Shown here: in pieces, positions 13,657-21,469 of the stretch | Layout: each line of letters begins with the position of its first letter | Numbering within the stretch: position 1 is the first letter of the stretch | Virus record (IMG/VR): IMGVR_UViG_3300031372_000018 | Coordinates: 1 to 42,774 of that record | Length of the DNA stretch: 42,774 bases | Strand: one strand, 5' to 3' | Source: a virus | The notes under the pieces: generated by a model | The model's input: the letters and a program-made list of their open reading frames with translations, nothing else | Told to the model about the DNA's origin: nothing | The model's database searches: none | Position numbers and translations under genes: made by a program

Positions 13657-13687
13657 CAATGCATTGACAATCAAGGCTCAATGCAAA

Positions 13688-15016
13688 ATGCCTAAAGAAT
13701 CGACTCGCTCGATTGACCATAACGGCTTCATGCTGATTCGGGATAACCCTATCTCGAAGATCGGCGTATACCCGTACTTGGGCAGCGAGATCCCGGTTCC
13801 AGGCCTTGAGCCGAACAAGATCTATGGCGTTTACCGTTCCGCCGAGGAGCTTGGCGATCAGGCAGCAATCGACTCATTCAAGCTGCAGCCCTTTATCGAT
13901 GACCATGAGGTGCTAGGCCAGGGCGGCACTCCAGCCGAGCGCAAAGGCATTCAAGGCTACATGGGCGAGCAGATCCACTTCGATGGCACCTACCTGCGCG
14001 GCAACATCAAGATCCCATCGAGCGCGGCTCAGTCGCTGATCAGCGCAGGCAAAACCGAGCTATCCCCCGCATACCGCTGCAAGTGGGTGCCGGAAGAAGG
14101 ATCGTTTGGCGGTAAGCCCTACCAATTTACGCAGCGTCAAATACGCGGAAACCACTTGGCCTTGGTAGATGAGGGCCGAACCGGTCCAGATGTTGCCATC
14201 CAAGACAGTGCTGTAATGCTTAACGACCCACACATGTCCATGACCCTAGATAGCGCGGAGCTAATCAATATGGAATTCACCCCAGAGCAACTGGCACAGA
14301 TCGAGGCGATGCTCGCTAAGATGATGGCCGCCAAGACTACCGGGGATGAAGACCCGGCAGAACAACCAAGCGAAGATGCAGACTCCGTGGTGGAGCCGAT
14401 GGTCGAGGTCACTCCTGAGCAGGAAGATGCAGCTCAAGAGACCGTCGCTGCTGCCTCCGAGGCTGAGAGCGCGCTGGAAGCTGCAAGCGAAGCCCTGGCT
14501 GAAGTTGCCGCCGCTGCCGAGCAGGTGGTTGCCACCGACTCGAAGGATAAGGTCAAGCAGCAGGCTGCCAAAACCAAGTTGGCGACCGCCAAGGCTAAGC
14601 ACGCCAAGCTCCAAAAGGTAGCCACCGACTCGGTCGCCAAGCTGCGCACCGTGAACGACAAGTCCGGCGTCGCCGCAGACCGAGCCATCATCAAGCAACT
14701 GCAAGCCCAGATCGCCGAGCTGAGCAAGCCTCCTGTCGCCCTGGACTCCAGTAAGCTGATGGCCGAGATCGCCGATCGTGATGCCCTGGCAGGCCAACTC
14801 TCCAAGTTCGTCGGCTCGTTTGACCACTCGCGCATGACCTGCGATGCAGTGGCTCAGTACGGCGTCGAAAAGCTGGGTCTGAAGACCGCCAAAGGTACCG
14901 AGCGCATCGCTCTGAACGCCTGGATGCATGGCCGCAAGCCTGACCACGAAACCATCCACATTGCTTCCGATTCCAAGAAGACCGGCAGCGCATTGCAAGC
15001 ATGGGGTAAAAAATAA
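13688..15016 (+). CDS. Scaffolding protein (DUF2213-like N-terminal domain; possible protease role)
   Basis: 442 aa from ATG 13688. The N-terminal half is globular. The second half is Ala/Glu/Lys-rich and helical (AAQETVAAASEAESALEAASEALAEVAAAAEQ...). It lies immediately upstream of the capsid genes. Confidence 0.65.
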   Translation: MPKESTRSIDHNGFMLIRDNPISKIGVYPYLGSEIPVPGLEPNKIYGVYRSAEELGDQAAIDSFKLQPFIDDHEVLGQGGTPAERKGIQGYMGEQIHFDGTYLRGNIKIPSSAAQSLISAGKTELSPAYRCKWVPEEGSFGGKPYQFTQRQIRGNHLALVDEGRTGPDVAIQDSAVMLNDPHMSMTLDSAELINMEFTPEQLAQIEAMLAKMMAAKTTGDEDPAEQPSEDADSVVEPMVEVTPEQEDAAQETVAAASEAESALEAASEALAEVAAAAEQVVATDSKDKVKQQAAKTKLATAKAKHAKLQKVATDSVAKLRTVNDKSGVAADRAIIKQLQAQIAELSKPPVALDSSKLMAEIADRDALAGQLSKFVGSFDHSRMTCDAVAQYGVEKLGLKTAKGTERIALNAWMHGRKPDHETIHIASDSKKTGSALQAWGKK

Positions 15017-15483
15017 TGCCTATTCCAAATAGCGTTGCCAACGAGATCGTCTCGGGCATTCCTGGCGAACTGGCGTTCGACGGTCCTACCCGCGCCCTGG
15101 CTGCTCTGATCGTGTCCGGCACCGAAGCCAACAACGTGTTCGGTCGAGCCTTCACCTATGCCGACGAAGCTGTCGAGACCGTGCAGGCTGGCGGCACAGG
15201 CGGTTTCGCGGGTATCATGATCAACCCCAAGGCCTATGCCCTGGAAACCGACTACGCCCGCAACAGCACTGCTGGCGAGTTCCTGTTCATGGGTGAGGTC
15301 TACGTCGAGCTGGCCACGACCGGCGCAACCATCGGCGACCTGGTGTACTTCACCAACGCCACTGGCGCACTGGGTCACGGCACTGCGGGCGCAGGCCAAA
15401 CTCAGATCCCGAACGCGGTCGTGTCTCGCCACAACGTCTCGCCGCAAACCCCAACCCTCGCCGTCATTAAATTGACCAACTAA
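15016..15483 (+). CDS. Head decoration / cement-like protein (by position)
   Basis: 155 aa, TAATG coupling, located between the scaffold and major capsid genes. The call rests on position and composition only. Confidence 0.45.
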   Translation: MPIPNSVANEIVSGIPGELAFDGPTRALAALIVSGTEANNVFGRAFTYADEAVETVQAGGTGGFAGIMINPKAYALETDYARNSTAGEFLFMGEVYVELATTGATIGDLVYFTNATGALGHGTAGAGQTQIPNAVVSRHNVSPQTPTLAVIKLTN

Positions 15484-15494
15484 GGACCGCTCCC

Positions 15495-16556
15495 ATGCAA
15501 TCTAAAGAGCATTTCTACCTGAGCGGTCGCGAAGCCCTGGCGCGCGGTCCACTCGCACTGGATAGCAATTCCGAGATCAGCATGCGCGATCTCCAGACCA
15601 TCGGTATCAACCTGGTGGCAATGGATACCGCGCTGACTGGTCCCGCTGCTACTGGCGGCAACATCCGTGGTCATTTCCTCGAAGCGGTACTGCCTGGCAT
15701 GGTTCGCCTGCTGACCCGCGTGCGCACCATCGACGAAATCACCGGCATGATGAACATCGGCAACTGGTACGACGACCAGATTCTGCAGAACGTTGCGGAT
15801 TCGGTCGGCAAGGCCGAGCTGTACGGTGACACCACCAACATCCCGCTGGCCAGCTACAAGCAGACCCTGGAGCGTCGCAACATCCAGCGCTTCGAACAAG
15901 GCTTCATGGTCGGCAAGCTGGAAGAGGCACGCCAGTCTGCAGGCGGCTACGATGCCACCGCAGAGAAGCGCCGCTCGGCCATCGAGTCGCTGGAGATCAG
16001 CCGGAACCGCATCGGCTTCTACGGCTTCGGCGCACCGAACAGCCGGACCTATGGTCTGCTGAACGATCCTTCGCTGGCTGCCTACGAGACCGCTACCACC
16101 TCTTGGCTGGGTGCCGCATTCTCGGTAATCACTGGCGACATTCAGGCGATGTTCGATGACCTCGAACTGCGCTCGGGCGGCAACATCAAGGACGATACTC
16201 AGCTGGTGATGGTTCTGCCTACCGGCTACCGTGGTGTCTTGGCTACCGCCAACACCTCGGCGCGCGGCGAGACCGTTCGCCAGTGGATCGAAGAGAACTT
16301 CCCGAACGTTCGCTTCGTGTTCGCCCCAGAGTTCGTCGGCGCAAACGGTGGTGCCAACGTGGCTTACCTGTTCGCCGAGAGCGTTGATGGCGGTGACGGT
16401 GAAGGTGGTCGCACCCTGGTGCAACTGGTGCCCACCAAGTATCAAGTACTGGGCAGCGAGAACCGCATCAAGGGCTACATCGAAGACGCCACCAACGCCA
16501 CTGCAGGCGTGATGGTCCTCCGTCCTTGGGCCGTGACCCGCATCACTGGCATCTAA
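15495..16556 (+). CDS. Major capsid protein (DUF2184 / HK97-fold type by recall)
   Basis: 353 aa with an AAGGA RBS. Position after the scaffold and size are typical. Confidence 0.75.
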   Translation: MQSKEHFYLSGREALARGPLALDSNSEISMRDLQTIGINLVAMDTALTGPAATGGNIRGHFLEAVLPGMVRLLTRVRTIDEITGMMNIGNWYDDQILQNVADSVGKAELYGDTTNIPLASYKQTLERRNIQRFEQGFMVGKLEEARQSAGGYDATAEKRRSAIESLEISRNRIGFYGFGAPNSRTYGLLNDPSLAAYETATTSWLGAAFSVITGDIQAMFDDLELRSGGNIKDDTQLVMVLPTGYRGVLATANTSARGETVRQWIEENFPNVRFVFAPEFVGANGGANVAYLFAESVDGGDGEGGRTLVQLVPTKYQVLGSENRIKGYIEDATNATAGVMVLRPWAVTRITGI

Positions 16557-16607
16557 CCGTGAGGGCGTCCAGCTGTTATAGTGGGCGCCTAACCACTGGA
16601 GCGCATC

Positions 16608-16964
16608 ATGTCCAAAGATCTGTACATCTATTCGACCCTGAGCAACGATAACAACTACCGCGTAGTTGGCGGCAAGGTGCTCGTTGCTGGCAAAGCAAAC
16701 GTGACCAATCAAAACTTCCTCACGCCTCGCGGCGCGGTGACCAAGGTTACGCCTGAACAGCTTGCTGCTCTGGAGGCGAATCCTGTATTCGCCCTGCACA
16801 AGGCTAACGGCTTCGTGACCGTCGAGACTGCCAAGGTTGATCCCGAAAAGGTCGCCGCCGACATGACCGGTCGTGATCTGTCTGCGCCTGATACCGCCGA
16901 GAGCCTGGAGGCTGAAGGCGCTGCTGTTCCGGTCGACGAAAAGACCACCAAGAAGGGCAAGTAA
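16608..16964 (+). CDS. Hypothetical head-associated protein (118 aa)
   Basis: GGAG RBS; directly after the capsid gene. Confidence 0.65.
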   Translation: MSKDLYIYSTLSNDNNYRVVGGKVLVAGKANVTNQNFLTPRGAVTKVTPEQLAALEANPVFALHKANGFVTVETAKVDPEKVAADMTGRDLSAPDTAESLEAEGAAVPVDEKTTKKGK

Positions 16965-16965
16965 G

Positions 16966-17397
16966 ATGCCAGAATTCCCGCTCGCTAAATTCCGGCTGCT
17001 TTACCCGCAGTTCGATGCCGTCACGGATGAAACCGTGCATGCAGTTGCCGAGCAGGGATTGTGCTTCACTTCTGCCAGGGGCTGCACATGCTCCGAGCAG
17101 ATGTGGATGCTGATGGTAGCCCACCTGTTGCAGCTGGCAGCCAATGCAGCTGCTGGCGGCAATACAGGCGGTGGTCAGCTGGCCAGCGCTACCATCGACA
17201 AGGTGTCGGTTTCATTCGTGGCGCCACCCTCGACCAGTTCATGGGCTTACTGGCTCAACGGTTCGCCGTATGGCCAGCAGTTCGCCGCATTGCTAGCGGC
17301 TTGTTCGAGTGGTGGCTTCTACGTCGGCGGCCTGCCGGAGCGCTCGGCGTTTCGGTCAGTCGGTGGCATCTTTCCAGGGCGCGGGAGGTTCAGGTAG
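16966..17397 (+). CDS. Head-tail adaptor (DUF4054-like by recall)
   Basis: 143 aa from ATG 16966, with a CSEQMWMLMVAHLLQL segment. Position is in the connector block. Confidence 0.5.
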   Translation: MPEFPLAKFRLLYPQFDAVTDETVHAVAEQGLCFTSARGCTCSEQMWMLMVAHLLQLAANAAAGGNTGGGQLASATIDKVSVSFVAPPSTSSWAYWLNGSPYGQQFAALLAACSSGGFYVGGLPERSAFRSVGGIFPGRGRFR

Positions 17398-17864
17398 TGG
17401 AAATCAAGCGCTCAGTCAGATCCCCAGCGATCAAGAAGGCCCTCGCCGAACTCAACTCCAAAGAGATCCGCGTGGGCTTTTTTGATACTGCCAAGTATCC
17501 AGACGGCACTCCGATTGCTTATGTGGCTGCCATTCAAGAATTCGGGCATGGGCATATTCCTCCACGCCCATTTCTTCGCCCGGCAGAGAATGCCAATGCG
17601 AGCAAGTGGCAGGCAGGCTTGGCGGCAGGCATCAAGGCTGCGCTTGCTGGCGGCATCACGATCAGCCAGGCCATGGAGCAAGTGGGTATGCTGGCCGCTG
17701 GCGATGTGCGCAAGGCGATTCGTGCAGTGACTGCGCCACCGCTCAAGCAATCTACGATCAATGCGCGCGCCCGCCGCAAGAAGAACCGCAAGGCCAGCAC
17801 CAAACCGCTGGTCGATACCGGCCAGATGATCCAGGCAGTGACCTCTGCAGTGGTGGAAAAATGA
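17397..17864 (+). CDS. HK97 gp10-like head-tail joining protein
   Basis: 155 aa from GTG 17397 (TAGTG overlap). It carries the FGHGHIPPRPFLRPA motif recalled from the gp10 family. Confidence 0.6.
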   Translation: MEIKRSVRSPAIKKALAELNSKEIRVGFFDTAKYPDGTPIAYVAAIQEFGHGHIPPRPFLRPAENANASKWQAGLAAGIKAALAGGITISQAMEQVGMLAAGDVRKAIRAVTAPPLKQSTINARARRKKNRKASTKPLVDTGQMIQAVTSAVVEK

Positions 17865-17998
17865 TCAAGCCAGAACCCCCTAAGCCGCCACCAATGCGCG
17901 TCATTAAAGACGACGGACTAGGCCTAATGGTCGGCGCAGTTATGATGCTGATCCCAGTCTGCATAATCGGCATGCTCGCCGCCAAGGTGCTCGCATGA
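17861..17998 (+). CDS. Micro-ORF, Pro-rich N-terminus plus one TM (45 aa)
   Basis: Sequence MIKPEPPKPPPMRVIKDDGLGLMVGAVMMLIPVCIIGMLAAKVLA, with ATGA overlaps at both ends. Confidence 0.45.
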   Translation: MIKPEPPKPPPMRVIKDDGLGLMVGAVMMLIPVCIIGMLAAKVLA

Positions 17999-18363
17999 TC
18001 CCTGGACTAAACATCCTCAACATTGCCCTCGGCGCCATCCAGCCTCAGTCGCTGATGTGGCACGCTTGGGCGGGCAACACTACCAATCCGCTTGGCCAGG
18101 ACATTCCATCCTATGCAGCGCCAGTGCCGATCATTGGTAGCTTTCAGCCGGTCGATGCGCGCACCATGCAGGCGATGGGTCTCGACATGACCAAGCGCTA
18201 TCGCAACCTCTACACCTCCAATCCTCTTGAAGGCGTCAGCCGTGGTGAAGCGCCAGACTATGCCACCTTTGATGGTCGGCGCTACGAGGTCGCGGGTGAC
18301 ACTGATTGGACTCGCCAGGATGGCTGGAAGGGCATTCTATTCGTAGACGTGGGGCCAGAATGA
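17995..18363 (+). CDS. Hypothetical connector/tail protein (122 aa)
   Basis: Track ORF with ATGA coupling, in the connector block. Confidence 0.65.
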   Translation: MIPGLNILNIALGAIQPQSLMWHAWAGNTTNPLGQDIPSYAAPVPIIGSFQPVDARTMQAMGLDMTKRYRNLYTSNPLEGVSRGEAPDYATFDGRRYEVAGDTDWTRQDGWKGILFVDVGPE

Positions 18364-18896
18364 ACGAGAAAGCGCTAGGCATCTTGATCCGCCGAGAGCT
18401 ACTTGCTGGCTTTGTCCGGTATGGTGTCGAAGGGCTGCAGGTGAAGCATGGCTACCAGCCAACCACCCAGGGTCGCCTTGACCGCTGCGTCTATTTCTGG
18501 GAAGCAGACGAAACCCCCATCGGCTGGCAGCACCGCACTCGCTCGCTGGATCCGCAAAGCCTCCAGTTGCGCACGTCCGAGACCCAGATCCAGTCGACCA
18601 TGTTTCAGGTTCAAGCCTTCAGCCCTGACAACATCAATGACATGGCTCAGCTTACCGCTAAGGATCTTGTGCGTATGGCGCGCCAGATCGTCCAGTCGCA
18701 ACCCTTCGTGATTGCGCTGACCGCTCAGAATGTCGGTATGACGCAGCCTTCGAGCCTGCGCAATCCCTACTTTGTGAACGAGCAGGATCAGTTCGAGGCA
18801 AACCCATCGTTTGACTTTACCGTTACGCATAAGCAAGTCATAATCCAATTGACAGATTCTATCGATTCACTCGAATTCAATTTACGCAGAGTATGA
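18360..18896 (+). CDS. Hypothetical tail-proximal protein (178 aa)
   Basis: ATG 18360 (ATGA overlap), immediately upstream of the sheath gene. Confidence 0.65.
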   Translation: MNEKALGILIRRELLAGFVRYGVEGLQVKHGYQPTTQGRLDRCVYFWEADETPIGWQHRTRSLDPQSLQLRTSETQIQSTMFQVQAFSPDNINDMAQLTAKDLVRMARQIVQSQPFVIALTAQNVGMTQPSSLRNPYFVNEQDQFEANPSFDFTVTHKQVIIQLTDSIDSLEFNLRRV

Positions 18897-18905
18897 GGCG
18901 CAGAA

Positions 18906-20417
18906 ATGCCAATCAAGAGCACTCGATACGTTAACATCACCAGCGGCGTAGTCGGCGCTTCCTCTGTGGCCATCCAAGCGCTAACCGGTCGACGCTTTAC
19001 GGATAACCCACTGGTGCCGGTCGACCGCATTGTCACCGTGCTGAACAATGGCGCAGGCGACTACTTTGGGCCTGATGCGCCCGAGACCGATTTCGCAAGC
19101 CAGTACTTCAGCTACATTTCCCCCGCCCCAGCATCCCAGGCGAGCGAACTGCAGTTCGCTGCATACGCGCCATCTGGTCGTGCGCCAACCTTGTTCGGAG
19201 CGCGCAATACGACTCCGCTGGCAACGCTGCAGGCCGTCACTGATGGCTCGCTGTCTGTGACGCTGGGCAACACTGTAGGCAGCATCACGGCCTTGAGCCT
19301 GGCAGCCGCAACCAGCTATGCGGATGTCGCAAGCGCCATTCAGTCGGCCCTTCGTGCCGCCTACACCGGCGATCCTCAGTTCGGCTCCGTACTTGTCAGC
19401 TACGACGCCGTCAGTGGCGAGTTCCGCATCACTGGCGCCGCAACCTCTGCCGCCGCTGCAAGCGTGAACGCTTCAGGCGCAGGTACTGACCTCGGCAGAC
19501 TGCTTAACCTCAATGGCGCAGGTTCTGTGGCCTCTCCAGGCGTCAGCGCTCAGACTCCGCTGGCGGCGTTCCTGGCTGCTGAACAGATCAGTGATTCCTT
19601 CGGCAGTGCCACCTTCAGCGATGAGACTGTCACTCTAGAGCAGATCGTTGATCTGGCTGCATACGTCGCCGCTCAGAACGTCAAATATCAACTATACGTC
19701 TCGGTAAGCCGCGCCAATTACGAATCGTGGGCTGCCGCGCTGCTGTCGACTGCCTCGGTGGGTCTGATCCTGAATGCTACCACTGGCGAGTACAAAGAAG
19801 CTCTGCCGATGGCGATCATGGCCGCAACCGACTACAGCCGCCGCAATGCGACCGTCAACTTCATGTTCCGCCAAGGCGCGCTGACCGGCGATGTCGTCAA
19901 CGACGCAGAGAGCCGAGTGCTTGACGCTGCACGCGTGAACTACTACGGCGTGACTGCATCGGCAGGCCAGCGTATCAGCTTCTTCCAGCGCGGCTATTTG
20001 ATGGGTGGCGCAACTGCACCTCTCGACATGAACGTACATGCTAACGAGCAATGGTTCAAAGCATTCCTGTCGTCCGCCCTGCTCAGCCTGGAAATCTCCA
20101 GCGGCAGCATTCCAGCAAACAACGACGGTCGCGGCCTGATCCTGGCTCAGCTATCCGAAGGCATCACGCGCGCCAAGTTCAATGGCACCATTCGCGCAGG
20201 CAAGACCCTGACCGCAGCACAGAAGATCGCCGTCACCCAACTGACTGGCGATGAACTGGCCTGGCAGGACGTACAGACCAACGGCTACTGGGCCGATGTC
20301 GCAATCGTCGAAGAAGTCGGCCCGAGCGGCATCGCCGAATATGTAGCCAAGTACACAATCGCCTACGGCAAGAACGATGTCGTGCGCAAGATCGATGGCT
20401 CTCATAACCTCGTGTAA
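18906..20417 (+). CDS. Tail sheath protein (DUF3383-like by recall)
   Basis: 503 aa with a GAGG RBS. It is followed by tube-sized and chaperone-sized genes and the tape measure gene. Confidence 0.65.
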   Translation: MPIKSTRYVNITSGVVGASSVAIQALTGRRFTDNPLVPVDRIVTVLNNGAGDYFGPDAPETDFASQYFSYISPAPASQASELQFAAYAPSGRAPTLFGARNTTPLATLQAVTDGSLSVTLGNTVGSITALSLAAATSYADVASAIQSALRAAYTGDPQFGSVLVSYDAVSGEFRITGAATSAAAASVNASGAGTDLGRLLNLNGAGSVASPGVSAQTPLAAFLAAEQISDSFGSATFSDETVTLEQIVDLAAYVAAQNVKYQLYVSVSRANYESWAAALLSTASVGLILNATTGEYKEALPMAIMAATDYSRRNATVNFMFRQGALTGDVVNDAESRVLDAARVNYYGVTASAGQRISFFQRGYLMGGATAPLDMNVHANEQWFKAFLSSALLSLEISSGSIPANNDGRGLILAQLSEGITRAKFNGTIRAGKTLTAAQKIAVTQLTGDELAWQDVQTNGYWADVAIVEEVGPSGIAEYVAKYTIAYGKNDVVRKIDGSHNLV

Positions 20418-20428
20418 GGATCAAAACC

Positions 20429-20899
20429 ATGTCTTATGACGTTTCCGCTATTGGCATGAGCCTTACCATCAAGGCGAGTGTCACCTTTCCTCAAGGCTTC
20501 ACGTTTACCGAGTTTGCAGATGATGCGGACGGCTGGGATGCGCCAGCGATCGACATCGCGACCACTGCGATGAACGTCAATGGCAACATGGTCGTGTTCA
20601 CCGCTCCCGTAGCGATGACGCGCACCATCAACGCCATTCCAGGCAGTGATGGTCAGCGAAACCTCGCGATCATCTTCGAAGCCAACCGCGTCGGCAACGG
20701 CAAGCGCTCCGCTCGTGACAAGATCACCATCGTGGCTAACTACCCTGATGGTTCGACCGAGACCCTGAGCGAAGGCGTAATGACTAACGGCATGCCTGGC
20801 AAGTCGATCGCCTCGGCTGGTCGCATCAAGTCGCAAGCCTACACCTTCGCATTCGAGAGCCTGGCCGCAACCGCTGCCACCACTCGCACAAACTTCTAA
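20429..20899 (+). CDS. Tail tube protein
   Basis: 156 aa with an AAGGA RBS, directly after the sheath gene. Confidence 0.55.
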   Translation: MSYDVSAIGMSLTIKASVTFPQGFTFTEFADDADGWDAPAIDIATTAMNVNGNMVVFTAPVAMTRTINAIPGSDGQRNLAIIFEANRVGNGKRSARDKITIVANYPDGSTETLSEGVMTNGMPGKSIASAGRIKSQAYTFAFESLAATAATTRTNF

Positions 20900-20919
20900 C
20901 CGCGCCGAGAGAGGGCTAA

Positions 20920-21378
20920 ATGGATCTTATTGATGCAACCGAAGTGACGCTGACGGATATGAAGGGGGCTGAGCACAAGTACCTCCTTTCTATCCTGCCA
21001 TACAAGACTGGCCGCAAAGTGGCGGCTGTATACCCTGTATCCAACATGCCCAAGGTCGGCAACTATGCCGCCTCTGAAGAGGTCATGATGGAGATGTTCC
21101 GGTTCATAGCCAAGGTGAACGAGAACGGCGATCCGATTCGCCTGACCACTTCGGCATTGATCGACAATCACATTCCCGACACGCCAACCGGCCTGAAGCT
21201 GGAGGCGGCAATGCTGGCGAAGAACTTCGATTTTTTCGGACAAGGCGGGCTTTCCGTGTTCCTCAAGCGCTTTTCGGAAACGCACCTACCGTCGATTATC
21301 AAAACGCTGACCCCATTGCTGCCGCCGTCACTAGTGCAGGACTTTGCAGCTGGACTGAACTCCAAAAAGTCGGACTAG
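20920..21378 (+). CDS. Tail assembly chaperone
   Basis: 152 aa, between the tube and tape measure genes. The 3' end carries an A-run slippery site. Confidence 0.6.
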   Translation: MDLIDATEVTLTDMKGAEHKYLLSILPYKTGRKVAAVYPVSNMPKVGNYAASEEVMMEMFRFIAKVNENGDPIRLTTSALIDNHIPDTPTGLKLEAAMLAKNFDFFGQGGLSVFLKRFSETHLPSIIKTLTPLLPPSLVQDFAAGLNSKKSD

Positions 21379-21461
21379 AGGAAGTCCTTGATATGTGGGA
21401 GTCCGTCATGGTCTCCCGCATAAACGAAGCCCTGGCAGTCAAGCACGCCAACAAGAAATAG
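21364..21461 (+). other. Putative -1 programmed frameshift site and extension of the chaperone
   Basis: Zero-frame codons AAA AAG (21364-21369) sit 3 codons before the stop. The -1 frame is open from 21369 to the TAG at 21459-21461, adding about 30 aa (VGLEEVLDMWESVMVSRINEALAVKHANKK). Confidence 0.45.
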
Positions 21462-21469
21462 GAATCCGC

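Noticed and set aside
14261-15447. Minus-strand ORFs 14261..14998, 14691..15155 and 14854..15447, and plus-strand alternate frame 14346..14621
   Set aside because: They overlap the scaffold and decoration genes. The low-complexity Ala/Glu/Lys coding region leaves other frames open, and none has a credible start context.
15480-16799. 439-aa ORF on the minus strand opposite the major capsid gene
   Set aside because: It is antisense to a well-supported capsid gene and has no RBS. Its Arg/Ala/Gly/His-rich composition is typical of the wrong frame in G+C-rich DNA, and it would overlap three plus-strand genes.
21395-21469. Upstream extension of the tape measure ORF (track start 21395)
   Set aside because: The extension overlaps the -1 frameshift extension of the chaperone and begins with a non-ATG codon. 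ATG 21470 has an AGGA RBS and gives a typical N-terminus.
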